Shown in pieces: positions 28,874-43,420 of a DNA stretch of 64,000 nucleotides. A program made the translations under genes and the position numbers. The notes below the pieces were generated by a model. That model was given only the letters and a program-made list of their open reading frames with translations, made no database searches and had not been told where the DNA came from. Source of the DNA: Fimicolochytrium jonesii (Eukaryota); NCBI RefSeq assembly GCF_025526975.1, contig NW_026515682.1, positions 248,001-312,000 on the forward strand, given 5' to 3'. Position 1 is the first letter of the stretch. Every line of letters starts with the position of its first letter.

Positions 28874-29054
28874 ATCATTGAGCATCAGGCACATGGAAAC
28901 TTCTGGATCTTCCATAGCATAGCGGCGATTTTGAGCTCAGGCGTAGGCAGGTGTTGAGACTCTGCCATGCGGGTGTTTGTGTCATTTCGATAAATACACT
29001 ATGTACAGGTGACGCCCAAAATGGAGTGGGAAGCGAAAGCCGAGTCGTGCGTTG

Positions 29055-30538
29055 TCAATCATATCGCCGCCGTTTGGCAGTCGGCTTATCGAAGCCCGAT
29101 TTCATTCCGCCTAACTTGTTGAGTGTCCGTTTGTTTACTTCCGACTTTTGGAACCATGGTGAGTCCTTCTGTTGACGCCAAAATGAGCAGATGTGGATGA
29201 GATTCGGTCCGAAGGTTGGCAACAACCCAATGCGAGACGTACCGCAGATGTGTCCTGATCCGTCAAATGCGTCCACTTAGTCTGCCCAGCTCTCCCAAAG
29301 TTCTTAACCTGCATCACAGCAGGCAGCACACTCTTATCAAACGTATCATCCAACGTCGGCTGCGCAAAGTCCCTCTCCTGCAGCGCTTTCCCAATCTTAT
29401 CATCATCCACAAAGAAAGCCCCCTTGTGGAAGTACTTCTGCATGTACCGATGACTCGATTTGTCATGCTGGCCCTGCAGCAGTCCCTCCTTTGCCCGCTC
29501 GGACATGATCTCTGCGTCCGACATGTTCCGCCTGCGTTGGATGTCTGCTTTCTCTGCGTCCCGCACTTCGCGTTCCTCCCTATCCCGTTTGATCCGCATC
29601 AGTTCGCGTAGCTTCCAGGCTGCGAATTCTTCCTCCTCGTCGAGACCATCGGTATCGTCCACGTCAAGATGGGCGGTCGCGACTTCGGCGGCTGCTTCCT
29701 CGCGTCGGAGTTCTTCAGCGACCATGTCGTGCGACTCTTTCTTCTTTTCTTCCGCCTGCTTTTGCCGCAGTACTTCTGCTTCGGCTGCTTCGCGCTCTTG
29801 ACGCTCCTTTTCGAGGGTCGTTTCTCGCTGGTTCCTGCAAAGTAAAAAGATTAACGTGGTCCTCTCTGAGATAGTATCATCAAGGTCCCCTGATGCTTAC
29901 TTTGAGACAAACACCGGTTTCAAAAGAGTCCTCGAAGAAACAACGTCGTCTTCTGAATCTGTGGTATATTCGGACGTCGAATCGCTCTCACTCTGCAATG
30001 AGCATATACCGTCAATACGCCTGAAAGTCACTCTCCAAGAAGCGCCCAGCATACGCACCTCCTCTTCTTCCGCCTCCTTCTCCTTCGCTGCCAACCGCTC
30101 CTCTTCCTCCTGTCGTCGCTTCAACGCCTGCTCTCTTATCCGCCTCCGCCGTGCTGCAACAGCGTCCTCATCCTCTTCCCCGCTTTCCTGCTCCACCTCC
30201 TTCTCTACCCGTGGCGCTGGAGTTGCGTCTTCCTCCACGTCCCTCCTCCGGCCGGCTCTCCGACGCCCCTCCTCTCCATCCTCCTCCTCTCCCTTCGAAG
30301 CCTCATGCTGCCGTAACCGCATCAACCGGCGATCTGTCTTTGCTGCCTCCTCGGGTATCGCCATAGTGGAAATTTCCTGCGTGTCCGAAATCGCATGCCG
30401 ACTCGAATGCTGCGCTTCGTCATTGGCTTCCTCCTCTTCTGAGTCGCTGGAGTGGTCCTCGTTTAGACCTTGTGGTGCTTTGCCGGGCCAGTAGCGAACG
30501 GGTTTTACTCGGGTTGGCGGTTTTGTGGTGGACGCCAT
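29055..30538 (-). CDS. MFAP1: Microfibrillar-associated protein 1 / spliceosomal factor
   Basis: RYWPGKAP, LLKPVFVSK, AWKLRELMRIKRDREE, QKYFHKGAFF and MQVKNFGRAGQTKWTHL. Confidence 0.95.
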
Positions 30539-30918
30539 TTTCGGTTGGTTTTGTGGGTCTTTTCGGCGATTTTGTGAAGGTGATCCGGCTGGACGACGGG
30601 CGAAGGTTACTGAAAGCGATACAACGCAGGTATGGCGTCCTCGAACACCGTGACCGATTGGTTGCAGTTGGACTGTGGAATTTGTGGATAACAGAAGGTC
30701 ACCATTGGCAAAGCTGGAAAGTTGGAAAGTCCAACGCACTTGGTTAGGGTTACGCTGTCCTTACATTACGCGTCTGCGCTCCTTGCCACTCAAGCTTCAA
30801 AAGTTCAGGTCTCGCTTCAATCCCCACCAGAGATCCCCGTTCGCATCGCAACTGCACCGTTACTAGCAACCAACCGTTGTCTCGCATATCTTTACTCGCT
30901 GCATACTCAATCACAACT

Positions 30919-32207
<1,289 letters not shown>

Positions 32208-32622
32208 ACGTGTATCTTTTGCGGGGTGGAATAGATCGCGTAGCAGATGTGAAGATGTTGTGTGTACCATTGCAGTTTGGCGTCGTTGTGTCTCGGGAGT
32301 CAACTTTAGAGTGGTACTGTACAGTATGTATGTGTGGTCGTTGTTGGCGCGTGCGTAGGGAAGGCGCAGGGGAAGGCGCGTCAGACCTGAATTTGGGACA
32401 TCCGCTTTGAAGACGAGATTTGTTCGCACGATTCACACGCACACAACTACACATGACAGGTAATACCAACGCCCTTTCCGGTACGGCAACCCTACGACGT
32501 GGCGGCGGACAGAGAGGAGTGGGGTAGTGGGGATGACTGCCGAATCATTTGAATCCTGACAAGTCGTGGTGCGGCGCGAGTTGTACCGTCTCGGGTAATT
32601 TCCTTCCGTCCCTTCTACCGAC

Positions 32623-33635
32623 ATGACAGAAGAAGCGCCTACGGAAACTACCAGCGACTACAGACGGAAATGCAAGCTATGCGGGAGGGCTCCGCCGCTT
32701 TTCAGCGTTGGAAGTGCTACAGTTGACGATACAGAGAGGTGGCACAGAACCGGGAAGCAAAACGGAAAGCGAGGGAAGAGGAGAAGCGCTTGGCGGATGA
32801 GCAGCGGCCACCACAGGCACTCAGAGCGGTCGAGGAGCGGCGGATAGCAGCAGAGCGGGTTTTAGCAGAGATGCGCAGAGCAAAAGAAAGAACAGCGACT
32901 GGCAGAGGCATTCAGAGCGGTCCATGGCTGGCGGATAGCGGAAGAGGAGCGGTTGGCAGCGATGCGCAGAGCAGACGAAGAGCAGCGAATAATGGAAGAG
33001 CAGCGGCTAGCAGATATACGGAGAGACGAAGACCTCACAGCCCAGGCGCGACTGGACGAGATACGGCGAGAGCAGGAACTATGAGAGGAACAAGTGGGGT
33101 TAAAAGAGGAACGGCTGGCCGAAATCCGGCAGGTTCAGGAAGCAGCCGCGCTTAGACTGCGCGTGGAAGAGGAACGGCTAGCATAAATCCGGCAGGCTCA
33201 GGAAGAAGCAGCGCTTCCACTGCGCGAGGAAGAAGAACGGTGTGAGACCACACGCCTAGCTAAGGCAGCAGAAGGGACATCAATAGGAGATACGCCGGTT
33301 AGACGAGGAGGGAGCAGCCGCCAAGCTTCGGTTGGAACCATGAGCAGATGATGGACATCCAGTCGTTGATTCGGGAGCTGCAAATGGAGGTGCGGAACAT
33401 GAGTGAGGAATTGGCCCAAAGGAACGCAACAATACAGCAAGTCAATGCTCAACTCGAACAAAGCGATGCTCAACTCGAGGGACTCAGTTCTCGACTCAAG
33501 CAACGAGGTGCTCAACTCGAGGAGCTCAATCCTCTAGTCGAGGAAAACGCCCGCACCAAGGCAACATTAGAGCAACGCAATGCTCAACACAGACGGGAAC
33601 AGGCGGACTTTGTGCAATTACTGCTAGATCTTTAA
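32623..33635 (+). pseudogene. Degenerate EER/LAE-rich coiled-coil coding relic
   Basis: Repeated GAGGAACGGCT(G/A)GC..AATCCGGCAGG units shift frame and contain stops. Only the last ~95 codons are clean. Confidence 0.5.
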
Positions 33636-33831
33636 ATGAAGAGGGAACGGTCGGCTCTGGGCTCATCAAGACACGAGCGAGCGGCGCAACGAGTCCAAGA
33701 AAGTCCGGGCACGTGAAATGTGCGTCGTCAAATCGTCATATTCACAACCCAACCTATGTACACAGTAATCACACAACCGGGAGGGAAGCCCAGCCAGCCT
33801 CACCTCGCTGTGCTATGTACTATTACGCCTT

Positions 33832-35736
33832 CTACGATTTCAGACAGATAGCTGATGGGCCGAGCTCGTTGTAATCGGTCTATAGAGGTTGCAGATCAGT
33901 AATGTGCGGGTTTCCATGGCTGGAGATGTGACAACGATGAGCGCATACCTTCGTCACATAGGCAAAGGAGGAGGACGTGAAAACAATCTGCAAGGAAAAC
34001 GTTGTCAGTCAGCTGCAAGATCGGGTGATATACCAATGTAAAACCCACTCACCCTTGCAACAACACTAGCCCCCAAAAATCCCACATCCTGCTGCTTCTC
34101 CTTATAGCTCGGAAAGTACTCCGGCAAACCGGCCCACTTGATCTCCTTGGCCTGAAATTCATTCGACGTTTCCGACGCCGATATCAGCTTCCCCAGCTCC
34201 TTGTCCAGTCTGCCGCGCATGCCCTTGATTTGGCACGACCCGCCGGTGAGCACGATGGCTTCCCATAGGCTTGTGCGTTTCTCGGGTTCGCAGGCTTCGG
34301 TGACGGCTAGGTAGCACGCTTCGGGGATGTTGAGGGTGGATTTGGAGGCGAGGGAGGGGTCGAAGAGGACTTCGGCGGCGAGGAATCGGGCGGTGCCTAT
34401 TGTGACCTGCAGATATCGTGGCGACTTGTTAGGGGGACGACCAGGCAGATAACGGAAGGTTCACGTGCGGTTCGCGGGCATTACCTCCTTTCCATTGATG
34501 GTGACCTTCGCCCTCTCAATTTTGTCCTTCGGCTCTACCCGGTAAGGTAATAGCGATAGCTAGCGGCGCAGGGCGTCAGTGCCTCGCACAGTCCCCCTGT
34601 ATCTCTTTATGCTCTTGCACGCACCTCACAACAAGACTCCTTCACAGTCCTTGCAACCTCTTCCGTGAGCGGGACGACGCCAAGCTCTTGCATAAACTGT
34701 GTGTCTGCCTTCAAAAGCTCCAGAAGCTGCCGATCGATATCACGTCCGCCTAATGGTATCGTCTTGTGCGCATACCGCACGATGCTGTTATCAATCACTG
34801 GGGTGATATCTGTGCAAAGAAGTAAGTCGCTCTGAAGATCGCAAGCCCACGGAGCTCCGCATCCCGTCTTCGCCCATACCAGTCGTCTCATGCCCGATGT
34901 CAATGATGAGCCCGGTGCTCATGTTATGTCCATACAGCGCTGCAAGCGGTTGCTCGATGATTGTGAACGCCAGCATGTTCAATTCCTCAAAGATAAACTG
35001 CGTAACCCGCTTGTGGTCCTCTTTGCTCCATGAGACGGGAACGGTCATCATCAGCGACCAGTCGTTGCGGGATCGGTTGATCCGCGTTGGGAGGGATTTG
35101 AGAAGGATGTGCTGCCTATCGTGTTTGACAGTCAACCAACACCCGAGTAACTTTTGCAAGCACCTCTTACATCGAGGCAGAGTCCACATACCATAGCCCC
35201 AAGAGTGCCGGCCAGTCTACTGGCAACCCATTCTCGATAGGGTGAACCAGTCCGCTCTCATTCGCGTCCCCGCCTTCGACGCCCTCGCCCGTCGAGTCAA
35301 ACTCCAACACTTTCGACCCAGCCACATAGACAAACTCGCTCTCCTCGCCGATTACGGTTGGCTCGGCCGGCTCAGCCGGGGTTGTTACGCCTGTGTTGTC
35401 CGCGGTGTCGACGTCCATGACCTCCGACTCGCTTTGCGATGGTTCCACCGTTCCCGCGGCGGCCGTGTCCACGGCTTCGATCTCTGTATCTTTCTGCGGG
35501 GACTGAGACTGCTGTTGCTGCTGTTTTCGTGGTCTAAGGCCTACTATTGAAGGTGTTGACTAGTGCGACAAAGAGGTTGTATGTGAGGCAGGGAAAATGG
35601 GAATGGTTTTGTGAAACAGGTGGGCCCTTACCACAATTGTATAGGCCATATGGTCCGCAGCGCCTGCTTTGGTACGATATGACCCTGTTTCCAGGACGAG
35701 CAGCCGACTTTCTCTTGGGTTTACTTGGGTGATCAT
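33832..35736 (-). CDS. Nuclear actin-related protein (ARP9-like), multi-exon
   Basis: LLVLETGSYRTKAG, IIEQPLAALYG, IIDIGHETT, PLGGRDID, LTGGSC, PEYFPSYK and DYNELGPS. Confidence 0.85.
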
Positions 35737-35965
35737 GGTGGGCGGTTCGACTATGCTGGTCTGTGGGAATAGATGGGACCACCAGGACGACAATTCCTAT
35801 AGAATTGCCAACTGGACGAAAACCGAACGAAAACCAACGCGTCCGCCCACAGAAAGGCGTCTTCCCTAACGGACATCTTCGACATCCCATGGACCAGTCG
35901 ACACTGGAGAGAGCGACGTATTACCGTGAACGCTTCCGTATAGACCTCAAAAGGGGGCAGCAACA

Positions 35966-37636
35966 ATGTCCAAGTACAGCACCCTCCCCGGTCTGGATAC
36001 CCAGCCCGACGTCTACGAAACACCGGACCCTACGGACGCGCCAGACTTCACGGCCGCGGCTCCACGATTCCCATACAGCCTGTACGGCAACGAGGTAGAC
36101 GAGGACGATGAGGAGACCGTAGGGAGCGACACACGCGACGAGGGGATAGTTCGTCCTCACTTCTCTTCTGTCGCGGCGGCAAGCGAGAGGTTTGGTGGGG
36201 CTGCAGCCGGTGGGGAAGGGCCGGATTTCTCGGGGAAGCTGAGGCCGACTCGGAGACCGCACATGCGTAGGGGAGGACAACGAGCGGCACAGGATAGTGA
36301 GGGTCCGGTGGAGTACTCATTGGGACCGTTCACAGGGAGCGATGCAAAGGGGAGAAATGAGACTAAGGTGGAGCGGTTGCGACGGCTCATGTTCGAGGTT
36401 GAAGATCTAGGAAGGGAACTGCAAAACGATACCACCAAGGACCGGCCGGAGACGGACAAAGATAACGGGGTAGATAGTAGCGAGGCAGGGGTCGGGGGGA
36501 CCGCCACCAAACCGCGCTCGGCCAAACGTAAGGGGCCATCCCACGCGCAGCTGCTCGAGGTGGTGTCTACTCTGCAGAGTGATCTGTCAGGAATAGGGAA
36601 GCTCATGGCGGCCAGCGATTACGCTTTGGACGGGGACGTCGATGTATCAGATGCGCATTCTGCCCGACCTACCCCAGCGAAACGACTAGAGCAAGGGCAA
36701 AACCTGCTCAATCAGATTCGAGCCCTGAAGAATGTCACCTTATCCGAAGAGATGTCCAACGCAACGAAATCATCTCCTGTTCCTCTATCAAACGCGGTCG
36801 CATCCGCAGCTTCCGCCGCAACCGCTCTTACGACGACCTCTGAGCCGTACCTCACTTATGAGCTCTTCTATACACCAGAAACTGCAAAATTGAACGAGCT
36901 TGCTAAAGTCACCGAGCTTGAATCCAGACTGGCCTCCCTAGAACGTCTCATCGGGACCCACTTCCTCGATGGACTCGAAGGTGACAACGCAGCGGTCACT
37001 TCTCTCCTGCACCAGACAGGAAGCTTGATCGGCGCTCTCCATCGTCTGGACAACCATCTCGCTGTCCTTACTCAGCCACGGCAGTTGGATCTTGTAGCCA
37101 ATCGCGTCAAAGTCATCACGGCCGACATGGAGAAACTGGCAGATTTGAAGAAGAAACAACAGCTGGAGGCATCTGTCTTGCAATCCATGTTCAGTCACAA
37201 CGCCCATACGTCCTTGACCGGTTCGTCCTCATATCTTCCCACGACCTCGGGTGCAGCCGCGCACACATCCAGCGCCGACGACGACCTCCACATGTCCAAA
37301 ACCCAAACCGAAACCGAAAGACGCATCAACCATCTTTTCAACCTCCTCAACAAGCTCGATCCAGTCGCTGGTCTGCTCCCTCATCTCGTTGCTCGTTTGC
37401 GAGGGTTGAAAGCCCTGCACAACGAGGCCGCGGTGTTCTCGGATAGCTTGAAGATGCTACAGGGCGAGCAGGCGCGGGTGGCGGAAGGGTATAAGAACAT
37501 GGACGAAGCGATTGAGAGGCTGCAAGAGAGCTTGAGCGCGAATGAAACGGCGGTAGAGAAGAATGTGGAGGCGTTGCAGGGGAGATTAGAGGGATTGGCA
37601 GAGAGAGTTGATAGATTGGTTGCCAAGGCGAAGTGA
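35966..37636 (+). CDS. DCTN2: Dynactin subunit 2 (dynamitin, p50)
   Basis: KYSTLPGLDTQPDVYETPD, ETKVERLRRL, TYELFY, LESRLASLERLIG and LPHLVARLRGLKALH. Confidence 0.93.
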   Translation: MSKYSTLPGLDTQPDVYETPDPTDAPDFTAAAPRFPYSLYGNEVDEDDEETVGSDTRDEGIVRPHFSSVAAASERFGGAAAGGEGPDFSGKLRPTRRPHMRRGGQRAAQDSEGPVEYSLGPFTGSDAKGRNETKVERLRRLMFEVEDLGRELQNDTTKDRPETDKDNGVDSSEAGVGGTATKPRSAKRKGPSHAQLLEVVSTLQSDLSGIGKLMAASDYALDGDVDVSDAHSARPTPAKRLEQGQNLLNQIRALKNVTLSEEMSNATKSSPVPLSNAVASAASAATALTTTSEPYLTYELFYTPETAKLNELAKVTELESRLASLERLIGTHFLDGLEGDNAAVTSLLHQTGSLIGALHRLDNHLAVLTQPRQLDLVANRVKVITADMEKLADLKKKQQLEASVLQSMFSHNAHTSLTGSSSYLPTTSGAAAHTSSADDDLHMSKTQTETERRINHLFNLLNKLDPVAGLLPHLVARLRGLKALHNEAAVFSDSLKMLQGEQARVAEGYKNMDEAIERLQESLSANETAVEKNVEALQGRLEGLAERVDRLVAKAK

Positions 37637-37826
37637 GGCTGTTTTCGAGATGTATATAAGAATTCGAAAGATACCGAGGACGCCAACGGTTACTACTCCT
37701 ACTTCACAGTATATCTAGTATGCTATTCGATGCGCGTATATGAGTGCTCCAAAGAGAAATATCAGAATTCAAGATCTGTGGGATGCACTCGTGTGACCGT
37801 GCGCAAGGCTCCATTGTCGTCAGCAG

Positions 37827-39445
37827 TCACGAGCCTTGACTTATTACATCCGTACCACCCACAAACGAACTGCTGACTTTCATATCCTTGAAATTCCCCT
37901 GATTCTTGCCTTTGTCCGAGCTGTAAGCTCCGACGTGCTGAAAAAGATGGGGTTGGAGTTCCAGTCGTTGCTTTCCTCTTTCCTCGGCAAACTGATCCAC
38001 CAGCAGGTCAACCGGAGTGGCGCGACCTTTATATGTCGGCGCGACGTACTGCTTATGCCTATCTCGAAGGTAGGAAATGAGGGAAGTTGTCGTTCTCATA
38101 GCACAGTCGGGGAGACCCGAAGATGTGCCTGTGGGGTACAGGTGTGCAACTGATGATGCACGGGCATCCGTGACCCGCAACCCAGAGGCACGGCCACGGC
38201 CAGGTAACGCAGCGATGTTTTGGCGGCCGGATGCGTGTAGTATCAGGATCGTAAGCGTCATGACATATATGAAGACAAGGATAGCAAGTGTGGTCCGTGG
38301 GCGCCCTTTCTTTGTCTGCGTGGTTACAGGGAGATATCGACGTGCGTTGCGATTCTTAGATTGCAAGATGAAGAAGACGATCCCTGCAACCACGATACCA
38401 GCGGCAGCTCCCAATAACGCAAGGGTTGCGATGTCTGTGGGCGAGTTTTCCCAACCCGCCCAAAATTCGGTGTAAAACAGCTTGATGAAAGCCCAATCGC
38501 ACTTGGAGTACTCTTGCGGATTCTCCTTCGATGTGTGCAATGGGGTGCTGTCCAAACTCAGCACTTTGGTGCTTTCCAGCAACTTTCGCACGGGACTTGT
38601 GCCGACAATGCCGTCATCCTCCACCAGGACGGTAATGCCACACTTCAATGCAACGGCATGATCTAATGCATCCGCAAAGTCATTTATTTGATTGACGAGC
38701 CATTCCTCGTGCGATGCTGCGTCCGCACCGCCAGTTGATTTGCGTCGTTTCGCCTCCGGTTCAACCACATCGATCACCTCTGGTATGATCCCCAGGTGCT
38801 CTCTCGATCCCGCCAGATTGTGCACCCAGATTCTCACCGGCGGCGGCCGCAAGAGCGGAGGCGATGGGACAGACCCATCCAAATGCTTTCCAGTTTCCCT
38901 CTGAGAGCGTTTGTTCCTAATTTCCCAGTCGAGTTCAGGCATAAGCTCCCGCACCACCCGGCCGACCAGGAACGCCGCTGATTGCCTGACATATTTCTGA
39001 GGCCGATCGGCGGCAGATATAATCGCAAAACATAGCTTCGGATCCGCTTCGTTCGAGGAAGGTCCGAAAAGAAGGCGTCTATTCGTTGCGGTAGTGTTAC
39101 TGCCTGCTACGGGGACCGGAGACAGAATTTCGTGTAGAGTGGACAGGTAAGACTCGGACTCTCGCAGTCTAGCTGCCTCGGCCTCTGCAACAGCGGTTGC
39201 ATTGATGTGGTGGAAGTACGAGTATCTGGAAACTGGGTTTAGTGACCTCACCACAACGGCGAAACCGTTTCCGGAAATTGACATTACCTGAGGTCTTTTT
39301 GCAGGACATTAAGGGTGGAGAAAAGCACGATGGGGAAGATGCAGGCGCAGAGGACGCATAAAGCGACCTGTGACCGCATTACAAGCAGTCGTCGGGCCCT
39401 GGGAACGTGGGCGTCCTCGTCGTCGAACCCCGACTCAAGAGTCAT
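37827..39445 (-). CDS. PGAP4/TMEM246-like GT-A glycosyltransferase with inserted TM hairpin
   Basis: N-terminal TM, RYSYF, VLVEDD (DxD-like), FIKLFYTEFWAGWE followed by two TM helices, and PHLFQHVGAYSS. Confidence 0.75.
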
Positions 39446-39559
39446 GACTGTCAAATACAGTATTGTGAACTTCCCTTACCAACGGAGGCCACTGAAGCCA
39501 CGCGTTACTTTCTATCAGAAACGTTCATCTGCAACCAATCGGCAACTCAACATTGCTGC

Positions 39560-40906
39560 AATGGTAAGGATGTTCTCCGCCGCACGCTGCTTCTACGCAA
39601 GGCCCCTGCGCTCGGCCGCAGCGGCTTCTCAGAGGAGGTCATTTTGTGCCTCCTCCCGCTCGCTCAGTAGGTGTCCCTTTAATCTCCATAGGGTGACCGT
39701 CCGTCCTCCGATGCCATCTTACCCGACTCGCCAACAGGCTCATACGAGCATATCAAGACCGAGACCAGAGGCCGGGTCGCAATCGTCACTCTTAACCGTC
39801 CCAAGGCCCTCAATGCTCTCTGCACCCCCCTGATGGTCGAACTCAACGCTGCTCTGAAGGGATTCGACCAGGACGCGAACATCGGCGCCATGGTTATCAC
39901 TGGGAGCGAAAAGAGTTTTGCTGGTAAGACGTTTTCAGCGCTTAGTCACCATCCATGCGATGGACATCTGACATGAATCTCGAATATTCTTCCTAGCTGG
40001 TGCCGACATCAAGGAAATGACCACCTTAAATTTTGTGGATAACTTCAAGAATAACTTCATTGAGGACTGGATCGGTGTGACCAAGATTCGGAAACCGATT
40101 ATTGCAGCTGTCAACGGATTTGCTGTAGGTCTTCTGGTTTAGGATGTAGGAGAACGGAGGGGTGTCGGAGGGGTGAGGTGGCTCGCGCGCAACAGTGTGC
40201 CCCAGATGCATGCGCGCTTGAACATAGAGCTGATGCGGAGGTTATTTTACGTAGCTGGGCGGAGGATGTGAGCTCGCCATGATGGTAAGCGTTTTCTATT
40301 TCGTGCAATACTGGCACGTCCCCGTGACACATCTCTTTGCCCCTCACGTAGTGCGACATCATCTATGCTGGCGACAAAGCGAAGTTTGGACAACCAGAAA
40401 TCAAGCTTGGTGTGATCCCCGGCGCCGGAGGCACGCAGCGCTTTACCCAAGCGGTCGGCAAAGCCAAAGCCATGCACATGTGTCTCACTGGCGACATGAT
40501 GTCCGCCGCTGAAGCCGAGTCCGCCGGCCTCGTCGCCAAAGTATATCCTGCTGAGCAGCTTTTGGAATCCGCAATCAAGAATGCTGAGACGATTGCCGGA
40601 TACTCGTTGCCGAGCGTGTTGGCCGCTGTAGAGTGTATCGACTCTGGTCTGTGCCTAGTGTGCTTCTATGGGGTTATGGATGTGCGGAGACTAACAACTG
40701 TCAACGCAGCTTTCGAGGTTCCTTTGGCGCAAGGACTCCTGTTTGAGCGACGCATGTTCCACGCCTTGTTTGCCACGGTGCGTCCCCTCTCTGTTCTCTT
40801 CCGCCCGGTAGTTCATTTTCTCATGCCAACCTGTTTACAGAAAGACCAAAAGGAAGGAATGGCAGCGTTCGCGGGCAAACGCAAGGCTAACTTCACACAT
40901 GAATAA
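39560..40906 (+). CDS. ECHS1: Mitochondrial short-chain enoyl-CoA hydratase
   Basis: [40 protein letters not shown] and [19 protein letters not shown]. Confidence 0.95.
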
Positions 40907-41206
40907 CCGAGACGAACTGAATATAGATAGCACTAGCTTGAGGAGACGACCTTGGCGTAGCATCCATTGCAATATCAACAGCGGTGTATGTAGATCCCGT
41001 AGAGTTGTCAATATGAAAGCCTTCAACTGACGCGTGAGGCGTAGCTTCCGCAAGTCTGCCGCCTGATTTACATCAAAGCACAGCAGTAGTGTCGGAGTCC
41101 AGCATGTGCACAAATCCACAATGTCCTCCCGAGCACTGCATCCTCCACCCCATCCACAGCCCAATGTCCCTCCCCACCATCGGTCATCACATGCCCACGT
41201 CCATCT

Positions 41207-41900
41207 TCAACGAGACGCCTTAACAGCATCCTTAGCCGTCTCAGTAGCAAGTTTGGTATCCTCCGCGACTTTGTGGGCCGTTGTCGTCAGAGGCTTGTTC
41301 TTCATATCTTGGCGGTATCTAATGCGCACAACAAACAAAAGATCGGCCGTGAATGTGGGAATATCAGGGGGACCACCTCAAACAAGCGAAAGAAACAGAC
41401 GAATGCCTTCCTCTCCTGGCCACTGGACATACCTCCATATTCTGCTCAACTGATAAATCCCTGTCGCCCCCACAAACATATTCACACCAAACAACGACCA
41501 GTTCTTCGGCGTGATCACCAACGAGTAGCGGGACCAGATAACGCCGGTTGCTGCGAGGGCGACTGTTTGCGTTACAGAGAGCTTCTCGACAGGGCGTTGA
41601 AGGTCGCTGAGGCCAGCTATTACTAGGCCCTGCGGGGGTGAGATAATAGGAATATACAGTGAGATATGGGTTGGGGACATGGGCGGGACAGAACGACGAG
41701 AGTACGGTAAGGAGGAACTTACCCATTTCATAGCTGGCGCCCAGAAGTGGATCGTTTTGGGACCTGTGGAAATTGCATTTGCAGTAAGTTCAATCAGCGA
41801 ACCGCGATCGGCCAAAACAGTCAGAGCGGAGTACAATACCAGCAGGGTGGTTCCAAAACCGCGTGAAGGCGGAGCCTGCTTGTGTTGATGCTGCTGCCAT
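41207..41900 (-). CDS. MPC2: Mitochondrial pyruvate carrier 2
   Basis: GPKTIHFWAPAMKW, DLQRPVEKLS, ATGVIWSRYSLVITPKNWSLFGVN. Confidence 0.95.
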
Positions 41901-42116
41901 TTGAATTTCGTTTGTTTCCGGTCGGCGGTGGGAAATGTGTTGTTAAGATGCAGGATGCTTTGAGTGAAAGTGGTTTTGGCGGTTGAGCGCCTGAAATGCG
42001 AGTCGAGAGATACAGTACGGAGATCACCAAGCCATCTCGCGCATGCCACTTCACATACAACACATAAATGTACGTAAACAGTGTCGCTGAGCCTTTGCCA
42101 CAGACACACCCCGGCC

Positions 42117-43311
42117 ATGACGAGTGCGAACTTCCGCAAAGCCTACTACTCCTCGCTGGGCGTCCAAGTTGTCGAAGTGAAGCCGTCCCTCGAAACCGCT
42201 CTCCAAGGCGACATCCTTAGTAAGTTTTGTCCTATCGTGGGTCCTCCAGGTTAAGAGTCGCTCTATAGCGCAGTACTAAGACACTCTTCCCTGTCGCAGA
42301 CATTGAGCGCCTAAACAAATTGTGCCTGTGGGTGCGCATCCCGCACTCGTACCGGGCACTGGTATGGAAGGTGCTCCTAGGGACGGTATCCTTGACCAAG
42401 GAGGTGTGGGGTTTTGCAGACGCTCAGCGGGCTGAGCAGTATGGCGATCTGAGGAGGTGTGTGCAGTGTATGGATGGAGGCAGCAGGTGGGTGGGGCCAA
42501 CGCAAATCGCAAAGCGAGTCATATTATTGATGTCATGGCTCCGCTTTGCTTTTCCAGAGCCGATGAGGAACTCACACCCTCGACAATGGTTCGCATGCTA
42601 CTGATCCAGCTTGACACGGACGATCAAGTGCCGCATCATCTATCCGGATCACTGGACCGCTCCAAATCATCACATCTGCTTGCACTCGCCAACACAATCC
42701 TGGAGATCTGCGAAGAGAACGAGGAAGAGGCGTACTGGCTATTTGAGTACTTTGTGCGGAAGTACCGTGTTCCGCTTGTCGTGCATGACAGAACATCAGC
42801 GGATAGCGGGGTTCGGGAAAAGCCAGACGGCCACGACATCTCCACCTCTCCAGACTCCGACGCTGACCCACCCCCATCCCCCATCGCAAAACTCGAAGAA
42901 GACCGCATCAGCATGGAAATCGGCGCCCTCTCCACCCTCCTCAAAACCCACAACGAAGAGCTTCTCACCCACATCCTCTCCCTCGGCCGCCCGCTCTCAA
43001 CTTACTGCTATGCCTGGTTCCGCACCTACTTTGCCAGCGTGGTGCCTCCGCACTGCCTCGAGGGCGTCTGGGACATCCTCATTGGCGGCGCACCGGGCAT
43101 ATTGCCATATCTGGGCCTGAGTGTGTTTCTGGCGAGTAAGCGCAAGATCCTTGCTGTGCGCACGTCGGCGCAGCTGGTGGAGTTGCTGAGTCAGGTGGAG
43201 AACATTGTCGATATGGACGCGGTGGCGAATACGGCGATCGATATGTGGGAGCGGCCGGTACTGGAGGGCATGTCGAAGGAGCTCAGGAAGGCTTTGGGAT
43301 ACAATTTCTGA
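42117..43311 (+). CDS. TBC1D7: TBC1 domain family member 7 (TSC complex subunit)
   Basis: NFRKAYYSSLG..VEVKPSLE, YRALVWKVLLG, WFRTYFASV, VWDILIGG and AIDMWE. Confidence 0.88.
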
Positions 43312-43420
43312 GAGTAGTACCCATGATAGCCCTATTTTTGGAATGGCTGTCGAGCCGCGAAAGCAATCAACCCAACGGCGTTTTTTTGGGCGGTGGATCG
43401 GCCCCTACAGCGTTAGAGAT
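43312..43420 (-). ncRNA. Candidate Fanzor omega-RNA 3' region / element right end
   Basis: Lies downstream of the Fanzor stop. G.U-containing hairpin GUUGAUUGC-UUUC-GCGGCUCGAC closed by UUGG/CCAA, then ...GGGCTA. Inferred from position only. Confidence 0.35.
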
